Shown: positions 39,182-48,282 of the stretch, in pieces
How positions within the stretch are numbered: position 1 is the first letter of the stretch
How the letters are laid out: the number at the start of each line of letters is the position of its first letter
IMG/VR virus record: IMGVR_UViG_3300042564_006100
Coordinates: 39,828-103,827 of that record
Strand: one strand, 5' to 3'
Length of the DNA: 64,000 nt
Source: a virus
Made by a program: the position numbers and the translations under genes
Notes under the pieces: generated by a model
The model's input: the letters and a program-made list of their open reading frames with translations, nothing else
Database searches by the model: none
Told to the model about the DNA's origin: nothing

Positions 39182-39802
39182 TCAGCCTTCGTGGAGACAG
39201 CGCAGGACTTCGTCGATGGCGCGGCGGCATTCCCTCTGAATGCCGGTGGCGTCGAGTCCGGAAAGCACGGGCGGAAGCTCATTCTCGAATTTTGCCCGCA
39301 AGATGGATGACGCCTGGGCGACTAGGCCGATCCATTCCTCGCGGACCTTGGTGAGTGGGACGTATTCGCCCTTCTTCACTGCGATGCGTAGCTCACGTTC
39401 CTCCACTTCGGCCAGAAGCTTGCGAGCCTTGAGCGCCTCTTCGTTGCCGACCGGCACGCGTCCGGCATTCAATCCGCGCATCCTGACGAACTCGCGCCAA
39501 TCGGCCACCGGCCAGAGTCCGTTTGATAAAGCCTTGGGCGCGCCGTCTATCTTCTGCCAAGTCGAAAGCGTGCGGCGGGAAACGCCAAGCACGGCAGCGA
39601 GTTCCACGAGTGTCTTGGTGTAGGCCAGCGTATCCGCACTGCCCGCCGCCCGGGATTCGATGCGTGTGCGTTCGGCAACCGTGAGCGGCTTTCCAGCGGC
39701 GACCTTCTTGACGATGTTCTGGAAATCGGCATCGAGGATCTTCTCAGCGATGTCCGGGGCGAGAGTTTGTCGCGCTTCGTCGTGAGATCGTGGATTGCTC
39801 AT
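39182..39802 (-). CDS. Terminase small subunit (Nu1-like)
   Basis: ELAAVLGVSRRTLSTW HTH; RELRIAVKKGEYVP. Confidence 0.75.
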   Translation of the reverse strand: MSNPRSHDEARQTLAPDIAEKILDADFQNIVKKVAAGKPLTVAERTRIESRAAGSADTLAYTKTLVELAAVLGVSRRTLSTWQKIDGAPKALSNGLWPVADWREFVRMRGLNAGRVPVGNEEALKARKLLAEVEERELRIAVKKGEYVPLTKVREEWIGLVAQASSILRAKFENELPPVLSGLDATGIQRECRRAIDEVLRCLHEG

Positions 39803-40521
39803 GGCTTGACCGCCACCCATCCGGCGAAGTTCAGATGCCGCCAGAAGCAATCGACCGATGTGAAACCTTCCTGATGGAGAAGTTCCTCGTTCCAGCGGGC
39901 GGTGACGGGAACCAGCACGCCTTCGAGTGACATCCGCTTGCGGTCGATCTGACTCTCGGAATATCCGTTCTCCCGCTTGATGTTGAGGAAGAGATTCACG
40001 AACGCCTCATCGAGCTTCGCCGTGGCACCGAGCACCTTCTCTACCAGAATGAAGGCACCTCCGGGAGCCAGCGACTCGAAGACGCGTCGAATGATCTGCT
40101 GGCGGTATTCGATGGGGGTGAATTGCAGGGTGAGCACCGAGAGCACGAGGCTGGAGGTCACACCGGGGAACTCGTGGCGCAGGTCGGCAGACTGGATGCT
40201 GACGCGATTGCCGTGAGGGTGGTAAGTGAAGTTCTGACGCGCCGCATCGATCATCGGATCGCTGATTTCCAGGCCGATGTAATCGTTGGCCGCGCCAAAG
40301 TTTGAGACGAACGGCAGCAGCGCCTGGCCACGGGAGCATCCCATGTCGATGATGGCGGTGTCGGGTTGCACGAAGCGCCGGCCAACCTCGAAGGTCACCA
40401 TCCGCATCGCGTTGTATTGCGGGATGCTCCGCTGGAGCATGTCATCGAACACGGCGGTCACTTCCTGATCGAACTGCCAGGCTCCGCGTGGAATCACCTC
40501 GTCACGTTGGGCTTCACTCAT
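39799..40521 (-). CDS. cmoA: Carboxy-S-adenosylmethionine synthase-like protein
   Basis: WQFD.EV..VFDDM..RSIP.Y, DMGCS.G, TLQF, NGYS...I..KR..LE.V. Confidence 0.8.
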   Translation of the reverse strand: MSEAQRDEVIPRGAWQFDQEVTAVFDDMLQRSIPQYNAMRMVTFEVGRRFVQPDTAIIDMGCSRGQALLPFVSNFGAANDYIGLEISDPMIDAARQNFTYHPHGNRVSIQSADLRHEFPGVTSSLVLSVLTLQFTPIEYRQQIIRRVFESLAPGGAFILVEKVLGATAKLDEAFVNLFLNIKRENGYSESQIDRKRMSLEGVLVPVTARWNEELLHQEGFTSVDCFWRHLNFAGWVAVKP

Positions 40522-40537
40522 GCCCGCGTGGCGGATG

Positions 40538-40990
40538 TCAACGCGGCAGCCGCTTCACGATCCGCGTGCCCTCGGTCAGGCAGGTGCCTTCCGCCGTCAC
40601 CCATAAGCAAGGAACCGAGAACCGGGCATACATCTCGCGGGTCCGAGGATTGCTCTCAATCGCGAGGTAGCGGGCGTCATCGCCGTGAATCGGAAACACG
40701 TCTTTTTTCAGCAGATGTTCCTTGATCGCCGGTGGATTCCACCAGCCCTTCGGCGCGAAGCACGCATCCTGCGGACGCCATCCGGTTTGCTCCTCGATGC
40801 GGTCGAGCGTTTTGATCGTCCAGGTTTCCGGGCGGGCGGTGATGAGAACGACCGTGTGAGGCCGCACAAGTTCCACCAGCCATTGCCGGTATTGCTCGTT
40901 AGCGAGTCGCTTCTCCATGCGCTCGGGCGTGGTGCCGTGCTTGGGCGAGTTCGCCACCAGCGTGTAGTTGAGGTCTAGCAGGATGATCAT
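40538..40990 (-). CDS. HAD/PNKP-phosphatase-like protein with degenerate motifs
   Basis: LLDLNYTL, LITARPE, IESNP. Confidence 0.65.
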   Translation of the reverse strand: MIILLDLNYTLVANSPKHGTTPERMEKRLANEQYRQWLVELVRPHTVVLITARPETWTIKTLDRIEEQTGWRPQDACFAPKGWWNPPAIKEHLLKKDVFPIHGDDARYLAIESNPRTREMYARFSVPCLWVTAEGTCLTEGTRIVKRLPR

Positions 40991-42501
40991 AGGGTAATCT
41001 GAAGACGTTGGGAGAAAGAGTCCATGGCGCATTTCACGAGATCCATGCGGGTGCCGTCCGGATAGGGCAGGTTGAATTCGAATTCGATGGCCGCACGCAG
41101 GCGGGCTGGATCGACGGGACGTGCCGAAGCGCAGGCCGCGTTGATGTTGTTGGAAAAGTCATCGACTTTCACCGAACGGAAGAACGGGCCGAAGAGGTCG
41201 CGGAACTCCGAAACGGTGTGATACTTCTGGACCTTGGGCTTGTCCTGAAAATCACCGATGCGGATGCCGGGTTCGTAGTCGAGGCGGAACGCGATGTTAC
41301 CCGCGTTGGACTCATTCATGAACGCCTTGCCGTTGACCTGCCGCCAGCCGGATTCCCCCGCGGACGATGCGCAGGCATAGACCTTGGTGAACGGCTTGCA
41401 CAGAGCGGCGCAGAGGCAGGCGATGTGCTCGCGGTCTTCACGGAACGGCACGGAATTCAGCACGCTTGCAATGAAGATGCTGGTCCACTCCTTGCCCGCC
41501 GCCACTTCCGCAAGGAATGCGCGTGCCAGTTCCACGCTCTCCGCCTTGTTGATGCCGCCGGGGCCAAGGCGATATGGCTCGAAAGGCGTGCAGTCGATAC
41601 CTGCCTGGCGCAGGAGGAAGGTTTCCGTCAGGTGGCCGGCACCGAAGTCGAGAATCGTCGAACCATGTTCCTTGGTCCAGCGGGTGCGGTCGGATGCTTT
41701 GCCGATGTCGAAGTCCTTGCATGGTTTCGCGCCGTGCGTGGCGAAGACGAATCCGTTGCCAAGCTCGCGCCTCACCCGCCGTGCGCGGCGGAACGAATTA
41801 AAGCGGAGCATGTCGGCATAGCGCGTGTGGATGTCGAAATCCATCGAGAGCAGATTCATCATGGCTCGGGCGAATTCAGCTTCCTGCTCGGTGACGAACA
41901 CGACCGGCGCGAAGGCCGCGCCTTTCTCAGCCAGCATTTCCAAACGACCGATTCCGTTGATGACGGTCAGATCCTCGCGGCAAACGATGGGCATGAGGAT
42001 GCCGTGACGATGCAACGTGCGGGCGAGGTTGCGGGCATACTGGATCCAGCGGCCCGAGTTCACTTTGCAGAGATCCTTCACGCTCACTTCCGCAGGCTTG
42101 AGGCAGCGCAGGAATCCATCGCTGCCGACCTCCTTGTCGGGGATGCAGGCAGCGAGCGCCTCAATGTCCAGCGATTGCAACTCACTGGTGACCCTGCCAG
42201 GCGTGCTGTTGAAATCGAAATCGTTGGTCGCCCGGTTGAACACGATGTTGAGCGCTTTGCGCTGGTCGAGGTCGAGCGCCTTGGTCCGGGATACCGGGAC
42301 GTGCGTGGCCCCCATGCGCGATGCGACGAGGTGGCGCTGGTGGCCGGAAAGAATCTCGCCGTCCGAGTCAGCGAAGATCGGGGCGATAAAGCCGAGCTTG
42401 CGAAGCGATAGTTCAATCAGGTCAAGACGCTCGGCAACCGCCGACCGTGGGTTGTAGGTCGATGGTCTAACGGCGTCGATGGATTCGAGGGTGATGTTCA
42501 T
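40987..42501 (-). CDS. Double ParB-like domain fused to SAM-dependent transferase
   Basis: YNPR..ILSGHQR, VINGIGR, LDFGAG, ASVLNSVP. Confidence 0.8.
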   Translation of the reverse strand: MNITLESIDAVRPSTYNPRSAVAERLDLIELSLRKLGFIAPIFADSDGEILSGHQRHLVASRMGATHVPVSRTKALDLDQRKALNIVFNRATNDFDFNSTPGRVTSELQSLDIEALAACIPDKEVGSDGFLRCLKPAEVSVKDLCKVNSGRWIQYARNLARTLHRHGILMPIVCREDLTVINGIGRLEMLAEKGAAFAPVVFVTEQEAEFARAMMNLLSMDFDIHTRYADMLRFNSFRRARRVRRELGNGFVFATHGAKPCKDFDIGKASDRTRWTKEHGSTILDFGAGHLTETFLLRQAGIDCTPFEPYRLGPGGINKAESVELARAFLAEVAAGKEWTSIFIASVLNSVPFREDREHIACLCAALCKPFTKVYACASSAGESGWRQVNGKAFMNESNAGNIAFRLDYEPGIRIGDFQDKPKVQKYHTVSEFRDLFGPFFRSVKVDDFSNNINAACASARPVDPARLRAAIEFEFNLPYPDGTRMDLVKCAMDSFSQRLQITL

Positions 42502-43154
42502 AGTCCGAGGCGGCTGCGGATTTCGTTGAGCACGCTTTCCTTGTCGAAACCGGCGTCTTGTTTCACCCGGTCGCACCACGCGATGAATTCCTCCTGAGTG
42601 ATGCGGAACCGATAGAGTCCGACCGCGACGGTGACGTCGCTCTTGTCGAGTTCCTTGTCGTGGCGGTCGTCGTCATCCTCGTCATCGTCATTGCCACCCG
42701 GATTGAGCAGTCCCTCGATGTCGGCGGGTTCGAAGCCCGCGAGGATCGTATCGAAGTCGATGGCTTTCCACTCGCTGGCGATTTTTTCGAGTTCGTTGAG
42801 ATCGACCGTGGAAAGTTCGGCCAAACGATTGTCTGCCACCAGCACGGCGAGTTCATCGTTCTCGCTGGCGAAGTCCTGATAGTCCACCGGCACGACTTCC
42901 GCGCCGAGGTGCTTGGCAGCCATCAAGCGGCCGTGACCGGAAACGATCAGGCCGGTGAGATTGGAAACGGTGATTGTTTGCCGCCATCCGAAGTAGCGGA
43001 TGTTTTTGGCGAGCAGTTCGATCTGCCGCTGCGGGTGGGTGTTCGGGTTGCGCGGATTGGGTTTCAATTCACCGACCGGCACGAGCTTGTCGAAGCTGCA
43101 CCAGACTTCGATGCCATTGGCGAGTGTGCGAGCTTTGGGAGAATCATCCGTCAT
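42498..43154 (-). CDS. ParB/Srx-like N-terminal domain protein
   Basis: NPRNPNTH, IVSGHGRL.AA, ADNRLAE. Confidence 0.85.
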   Translation of the reverse strand: MTDDSPKARTLANGIEVWCSFDKLVPVGELKPNPRNPNTHPQRQIELLAKNIRYFGWRQTITVSNLTGLIVSGHGRLMAAKHLGAEVVPVDYQDFASENDELAVLVADNRLAELSTVDLNELEKIASEWKAIDFDTILAGFEPADIEGLLNPGGNDDDEDDDDRHDKELDKSDVTVAVGLYRFRITQEEFIAWCDRVKQDAGFDKESVLNEIRSRLGL

Positions 43155-43389
43155 CGTCGCTTTGGATGGTGTCAACGGCATGGGTGACTTGCGCGAGCAG
43201 CGGGAGGATTTCCTTCCACGCATCCGGCGGGCACCATCCGAGGGCAAACCATTCGCGGCTGCCAGCCACGTCGCGCCATTCGACGGTGACCGGTGTTTCC
43301 CGCCGCATGTCCGGCGAGCGGTATCGGAAGACGGCACGGGCGAGACGACCGCTACGGTCGAAGGTGATCTGATGGATTCGCGCCTTCAC
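43144..43389 (-). CDS. Hypothetical protein
   Basis: GTG start overlapping upstream stop. Confidence 0.55.
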   Translation of the reverse strand: MKARIHQITFDRSGRLARAVFRYRSPDMRRETPVTVEWRDVAGSREWFALGWCPPDAWKEILPLLAQVTHAVDTIQSDDDG

Positions 43390-44054
43390 GATAGCCCCTC
43401 CGCGTCCAGCCAGGATTCCAGATCGGCGAGTGCGGCCCGGACGCATCCGCCGCTGCCCACCGCGATCCGCAATGACGTCTGTTCATCGACCGGCCAATGT
43501 CGGCGGAGCATCGTGGCGATTTCCTCAGTGGACGGAGCGGCGAGCTTGATCGACTGGAAGCGCGTCTGAAACCGCTCGGTGAGCAGGTCGAGCTGCAGAT
43601 TGCTCGTGCCGACCACCGCCCGCCCTGGTGGAAGACGGTCGAGATAACTCAGAAGCAAGTCCTGTGCATCCCGCGTGCACCGATCCATTTCGTTGATGAT
43701 CTTCACCGAATAGACACCGAACAGCGAACAGACACCGAGCGTGCCCATCCACTGTTTCACGGTTTCGACGGTGACGAGCTTGCCGTTGTATTCCTCGATG
43801 GCGAAGCGCGTGCCGGATAAGGCATCGGCTACCATGTCGGCGATGCTGGTCTTGCCGACACCCGGCGGGCCGTAGAGTAGAATCTTCACCGGAACGGCAG
43901 GATCATCGTGGAGCTTGCGCGCCTTGGCGACGAGTCGGCGTGCGACGGTGGCGGCGGGGCCGCAGAGGTCATCGGGTCCGGTAGGTCGCCACGCCAGCGG
44001 AGAGCTTGCGGGGCACGGTGTAGGGTTCGGCAGAATCTTGAAGAGTTGTGACAT
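43386..44054 (-). CDS. Clamp-loader/RarA-like AAA+ ATPase
   Basis: WRP, GPPGVGKT, IINEMD, RFQTRF, GCVRAAL. Confidence 0.8.
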   Translation of the reverse strand: MSQLFKILPNPTPCPASSPLAWRPTGPDDLCGPAATVARRLVAKARKLHDDPAVPVKILLYGPPGVGKTSIADMVADALSGTRFAIEEYNGKLVTVETVKQWMGTLGVCSLFGVYSVKIINEMDRCTRDAQDLLLSYLDRLPPGRAVVGTSNLQLDLLTERFQTRFQSIKLAAPSTEEIATMLRRHWPVDEQTSLRIAVGSGGCVRAALADLESWLDAEGLS

Positions 44055-44208
44055 GGGGATCTTGGTTGGAATTGGTGATGGCCCTGGCGACGGCCACCGC
44101 GCCCTTGCGGTAGAGGGTGACGGCGAGTAGTTCGCCATCAACGATCACCGACCAGTAGCGCGTGGCGTAGCCATCGGGTTTGCGGTATTTTTCGACTGCG
44201 ACCTTCAT
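43969..44208 (-). CDS. Hypothetical protein
   Basis: MKVAVEKY..., TGATG-coupled. Confidence 0.55.
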   Translation of the reverse strand: MKVAVEKYRKPDGYATRYWSVIVDGELLAVTLYRKGAVAVARAITNSNQDPHVTTLQDSAEPYTVPRKLSAGVATYRTR

Positions 44209-44543
44209 CAGAAGTTGTAGTCGTGGAATTGGCGGCGGCCGGGAATGACCGGCTCGCCGTTGGTGGTGCGGAACCAACCATCCTTGCGGCGGCTGGCGCG
44301 GTGTGTCGCCCCTTCGGGATTGAGCGAGTATTGGTAGGTCTGCTCGGTGTTGTTGGTGCAATGACCGCCAAACCCACCGGCGACGAACTCGGGTTTCCAG
44401 TCGTCGAGAACGGCGGTGTCCTCCTGCATCCAGAGGGTCTTACCACTGGGGCTGATGCGGATCACCGTGCAGGCGGTGCGGTCGGAGTAGTGGCAGACGG
44501 TCGCGCCACCTCCGACGGCAGGTGTCCAGTCGGGTGCGCTCAT
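44208..44543 (-). CDS. Hypothetical phage protein
   Basis: MSAPDW...GRRQFHDYNF, ATGA-coupled. Confidence 0.65.
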   Translation of the reverse strand: MSAPDWTPAVGGGATVCHYSDRTACTVIRISPSGKTLWMQEDTAVLDDWKPEFVAGGFGGHCTNNTEQTYQYSLNPEGATHRASRRKDGWFRTTNGEPVIPGRRQFHDYNF

Positions 44544-45070
44544 TTGCCCCAGCCCTCCCTCCGACTGCGGGTCTTGATCGTGTTGGGCGAAAGGCCGAAG
44601 TACTCGGCGGTCTGCTTCACGCTGCGGCATTCCTCCCAATGAGCCCGGACCTGCAACCACTGTTCGTCACCGTGGCCGGGATTGCCAGCCTTCTTGGCGG
44701 GCTTGGATGCTTTTGCCTTGGATGCCTTGGCCTTGGGTGGCGTGGTCTCCGCTGGCGTTGGTTCGGGCTCAGCCGCGTCGGCGAACGCGTCGTAACGTCC
44801 CGGGCTGGCCTCGGGTTCTGGACGGGTGAGTGGCACGACGTTCGCGGCTGGCGTGACATTGCCATCACCCCCGGCGAGGATTTCCGCGACGATCTCGCGA
44901 ATCAGTGGCACCGGGATTTCGGTGATGGTGAAGACCAGTCCGTTGAGCGTCTTGCGCCCGATGGTTTGCTTGAGGAACTTCAATGCCTCGCCTCGGGTGC
45001 GGCCCTGGTAGCGGCCTTCGAATACGTTGGTTTCCTTGTCGTCGCAGACGATGTAATACAGTTTGTTCAT
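44540..45070 (-). CDS. Hypothetical protein with C-terminal HTH
   Basis: SVKQTAEYFGLSPNTIKTR...EGW. Confidence 0.7.
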   Translation of the reverse strand: MNKLYYIVCDDKETNVFEGRYQGRTRGEALKFLKQTIGRKTLNGLVFTITEIPVPLIREIVAEILAGGDGNVTPAANVVPLTRPEPEASPGRYDAFADAAEPEPTPAETTPPKAKASKAKASKPAKKAGNPGHGDEQWLQVRAHWEECRSVKQTAEYFGLSPNTIKTRSRREGWGK

Positions 45071-45082
45071 GGTGGTGTTTGG

Positions 45083-45313
45083 TTATGGTTTGGTGTTGGT
45101 GACGTTGCCGTCGGTGTCGATCCGGACGCTGAACGCCAGCAGTCCGGTGGGAGTTTGCTTGGCGAAGTCGGCTCGAAATTCGCGGGCATGAATGCCGGCC
45201 ATCGGATCGACCGGCAGGATGCGCCGGGCGGTGAAGCCGTTTTTCTCAAGACCGCGAATGCTTTGCTGCATCGCCTTGTTCGAATAGGTGTTAGGAATAG
45301 ATGCTGTTGTCAT
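45083..45313 (-). CDS. Hypothetical protein
   Basis: Start MTTAS follows repeated promoter box. Confidence 0.6.
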   Translation of the reverse strand: MTTASIPNTYSNKAMQQSIRGLEKNGFTARRILPVDPMAGIHAREFRADFAKQTPTGLLAFSVRIDTDGNVTNTKP

Positions 45314-45370
45314 AGCATCCCTCATCTGCCCGTCTGATCGGGCACGTCCATGTCTTTTTTCGTCTTTCTG
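45311..45370 (-). promoter_or_regulatory. Repeated early promoter, copy 1
   Basis: AAAGACGAAAAAAGA-CATGGAC-N15-GGCAGAT-N10-ATG. Confidence 0.7.
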
Positions 45371-45381
45371 TTGGATGGTTT

Positions 45382-46083
45382 TCATGATGGAAGCGGGCGG
45401 TTGATTTGGATGGTGCGACCCTTGGTTTCCCCGGCGACGTAGCTGCCGGAATGGAGGTTGCGGCGGCGTTGCGACCGGTTGCGGAGCTTGCCGTAGTGGT
45501 CGGTGACGTAGCGGGTGATGACGGCCTCCTGATCCACCACCACCAGTCCGTATGCCTGGCGCTGGTCGGCGGCGTAGGATTGTTCGGCGCGCTGCTTCGC
45601 TGCTTTGAGTTCAGCGTTGAGTCCGTCGCGCAGTCCCCGGTAGTAGGATGCCTTGTCAGGATTGGCGTGGCTCCGCTTGAATTCGTTCCAACAGCGGAAG
45701 AAGGTCTGCCGCAGGTAGTTGAAGGCGAAGATGGCGAAGTCGATGTCGGCGGCGGCACCGATGATGTCCACCGGAGTCCCGCGCCCATTGGGCATCAGGA
45801 TCGTCTTCACGTTGAAGTGCGCCTGCAGGATCGAGAGGATCATCAAGTCGGCAGGGTTGAGGGTCTTCGGCAGATCGACCTTGCCCTTGTTGACGGTGAA
45901 CGACCCGCCGCCAGATTCGCCGCGTTCCATGCGGAGCAGCGCCGAGTCGATGTTGTGGCGGGTCATCAATTCCTGTGCCTTGGCGAGAGCCACCTTCGCT
46001 TCGTTCTCGGTGGAACCGCGGGAGCGGTCGGCCAGTCGCAGAAGCTTGCGGATTTTATCGAGGATGTCGGATTCGGATTTCAT
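45382..46083 (-). CDS. DUF2786-family protein
   Basis: ILDKIRKLLRLA....STENEAKVALAKAQELMTRHNI. Confidence 0.85.
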   Translation of the reverse strand: MKSESDILDKIRKLLRLADRSRGSTENEAKVALAKAQELMTRHNIDSALLRMERGESGGGSFTVNKGKVDLPKTLNPADLMILSILQAHFNVKTILMPNGRGTPVDIIGAAADIDFAIFAFNYLRQTFFRCWNEFKRSHANPDKASYYRGLRDGLNAELKAAKQRAEQSYAADQRQAYGLVVVDQEAVITRYVTDHYGKLRNRSQRRRNLHSGSYVAGETKGRTIQINRPLPS

Positions 46084-46103
46084 GGGATCTCAGTGGTTGG
46101 GTG

Positions 46104-46394
46104 TTAGATGTCCTCGTCGGGCAGGCCTGCGGTGATGACATCCACCGGGATGTGGGTGGAGCCGTGCGTATCGCAGAGGTCGTCATAGCGGATCTTCGCG
46201 GCCTTGAGTTCGGCGCGTGCGGTGTCCAGATCATCCCAGCTTTCGAGAAAGACCCGGCGCGGACGACCGGCGAGAACCGAGCTTCGTCCGTAGGTCGAGT
46301 GACCGTAGAGCGACGGATTGTTGGAGCGGTAGGTTTCGCCGCGCCCGAATTCGAGAGTCAGGCGGCGGTGCTGTTTGATGTATTCAATGTCCAT
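46104..46394 (-). CDS. Hypothetical protein
   Basis: 96 aa, AC-rich leader. Confidence 0.65.
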   Translation of the reverse strand: MDIEYIKQHRRLTLEFGRGETYRSNNPSLYGHSTYGRSSVLAGRPRRVFLESWDDLDTARAELKAAKIRYDDLCDTHGSTHIPVDVITAGLPDEDI

Positions 46395-46419
46395 GGTGGT
46401 ATTTGGTTGGGGTTGGTGA

Positions 46420-46638
46420 TTAGCGGCGGGCGCGGCGGGAGAACTTGCGGCGACTGGCGGGCGTGTTATCGCGGATGATCTGTGCGACTCGTTCCGTGCT
46501 GCCGTCGGTGAGCCAGATGCCTTCGACTTTGCGGCGTTGAATCTCGGCCTGTGCGAGTGGCAGTTGGTCGCCGAACATGAAATCCGGGGTCATGTTGAGT
46601 TGGGCGTCGGTCCAGTTGGTAAAGTCGATGGGGTTCAT
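46420..46638 (-). CDS. Hypothetical protein
   Basis: 72 aa, AC-rich leader. Confidence 0.6.
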   Translation of the reverse strand: MNPIDFTNWTDAQLNMTPDFMFGDQLPLAQAEIQRRKVEGIWLTDGSTERVAQIIRDNTPASRRKFSRRARR

Positions 46639-46661
46639 GATTGCGGTTCTACTGGTTGAAT

Positions 46662-46829
46662 TTAGTGGGAATTGACGGCTTTTTCGGCATCGCTCATTCC
46701 GAGCTTGGAGTAGGCTTCACCGGAGTATCCGGCAGCGGCCCATTCTTCACGGGCCTCGTCGGTGAGCAGTTCAGCGACTTGCTCGATTTCCTCGATGGTC
46801 ATGGCATCAATTTCTGCGGCGGTGTACAT
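46662..46829 (-). CDS. Small acidic protein (55 aa, not in ORF track)
   Basis: MYTAAEIDAMTIEEIEQVAELLTDEAREEW... Confidence 0.6.
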   Translation of the reverse strand: MYTAAEIDAMTIEEIEQVAELLTDEAREEWAAAGYSGEAYSKLGMSDAEKAVNSH

Positions 46830-46861
46830 GGTTTTTATGGTTTGTTGGGGTTGGTATTATT

Positions 46862-47032
46862 TCAGCGGAAGGTCACTTCATCGGGGTGAATTTCGCGGAC
46901 TGCGTGGACTTCCGCGCCGTTCTTATCGACCCATGCGTTCAGTGCTTCGACGCTCTTGAAGGTCTTGCGCCAGGGGGTGGACTTCATGCCTTTAACTCCG
47001 TGGGCCTCGATGTATTGGGTATTTGCTTTCAT
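46862..47032 (-). CDS. Small hypothetical protein (56 aa, not in ORF track)
   Basis: MKANTQYIEAHGVKGMKSTPWRKTF...; follows promoter copy 2. Confidence 0.65.
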   Translation of the reverse strand: MKANTQYIEAHGVKGMKSTPWRKTFKSVEALNAWVDKNGAEVHAVREIHPDEVTFR

Positions 47033-47166
47033 CGTCCTTCATCTGCCAGTCTGACAACTTGAGTCCATGTCTTTTTTCGTCTTTTTTTGTCCCGTTCCGA
47101 ATGCCAGTTAGATGATGAATTGGCATGGTGCATGAGCGTCATAATGCGTGCCAATCACGCGTCATT
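47022..47166 (-). repeat. Promoter/operator repeat, copy 2
   Basis: 47022-47084 matches 48009-48071 with 2 mismatches; dyad at 47119-47155. Confidence 0.85.
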
Positions 47167-47228
47167 TCACAATGAGGCTTGCGGATTTTTAAGGATGTCG
47201 GATTCGGATTTCATGGGATCTCAGTGGT
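47167..47228 (-). pseudogene. Frameshifted 5' stub of the DUF2786 gene
   Basis: 47192-47228 identical to 46061-46097; reads MKSESDILKNPQASL*. Confidence 0.85.
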
Positions 47229-47242
47229 ATGACTGTTGGGAT

Positions 47243-48019
47243 CTATTCGTAGTTGCGGACGGCAAGGAATGTTGGGAATCGAGGGACTCCATCAGGAGTC
47301 AGTTCGAAGTAGCGGACCGTCACGATGGCACCGATAGCCGGCGGGGTTTCCCTTTCGGCGTCGGTGAATCCGGACCCGGCGCGGAACGTGGTGCCGTCCC
47401 TGAGTTGGCAGACAAGCGCTCCGAGTCGTCCTTCGTGTTTGCCTTCACCGTCTTGATGGCCGATCACGGTGGCCTCGTCGTCGATGAATCGCTTGAGCTT
47501 GCGAAGGTGACCGGACCGCTTGAATTCGTAAGGTGAACGCGGAGCGCGGAGCATGACGCCCTCGCCCTTGCCGTTGAGGATGGACCGCTCGAAATCAAGC
47601 AGTGCGTTGCTGGACTGACAGAGCACCTGCTCGACTATCGAGACATGGCCGGGGAGTTGCAGGGCGAGCAACGTGCGTTGCCGGTCTTCGGTCGGGCCGT
47701 CGGCTTGAACATCAAAGACCAAATATTTAACCGGTGACCAGTCGGCTGTCATGGACCGAACGATGCTCACCGCGTCGTTGAACTTCCCTCGCCCGACGAA
47801 CAGCTCTCCGTCCAGCGGCAGAGCGGGCAGCCCCGCTTTGAACCATGCCGGGGCGTGGAAGATGTTGCCTCCACGGGAGCGGAAATGTTCACCGTCCCAA
47901 ATGGCACGGACTCCGTCGAGTTTCTCTGACATCCACCAGCCGTCCGGCCGCATGGTCTTGTCCCAGTTCTTCGCCAGCATCGGCGGTTTAGTTGTTAGGT
48001 CGGGTGTGTTTGCTTTCAT
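47243..48019 (-). CDS. Minimal ATP-dependent DNA ligase
   Basis: SEKLDGVR, LDGELF, EGVMLR, KLK, PRFP. Confidence 0.9.
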   Translation of the reverse strand: MKANTPDLTTKPPMLAKNWDKTMRPDGWWMSEKLDGVRAIWDGEHFRSRGGNIFHAPAWFKAGLPALPLDGELFVGRGKFNDAVSIVRSMTADWSPVKYLVFDVQADGPTEDRQRTLLALQLPGHVSIVEQVLCQSSNALLDFERSILNGKGEGVMLRAPRSPYEFKRSGHLRKLKRFIDDEATVIGHQDGEGKHEGRLGALVCQLRDGTTFRAGSGFTDAERETPPAIGAIVTVRYFELTPDGVPRFPTFLAVRNYE

Positions 48020-48282
48020 CGTCCCTCATCTGCCAGTCTGACAACTTGAGTCCATGTCATTTTTCGTCTTTCTGTCCGAGTTATCACATGCCCGATAGAC
48101 ACCGAATTGGCACACCTCCTGAACGTCACGATGCGTGCCAATCAGGCGTCATTCGGAGCGCTCCGAATGCCGCGTGATTGGCACGTTTCATGAGTGAAAC
48201 GATGCGAAGATATTATGTCTTTTTTTCTCTAACTCCACTTAGCCATGGACGTGAGGTGGCACCATGGCAGATATTACCCATG
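48009..48282. promoter_or_regulatory. Divergent promoter region (copies 3 and 4) with central palindrome
   Basis: CATGGAC-N15-GGCAGAT on both strands; 52-bp palindrome at 48134-48185. Confidence 0.8.

Noticed and set aside
47119-48193. Canonical sigma54 promoters
   Set aside because: All five sites have GA rather than the near-invariant GC at -12.
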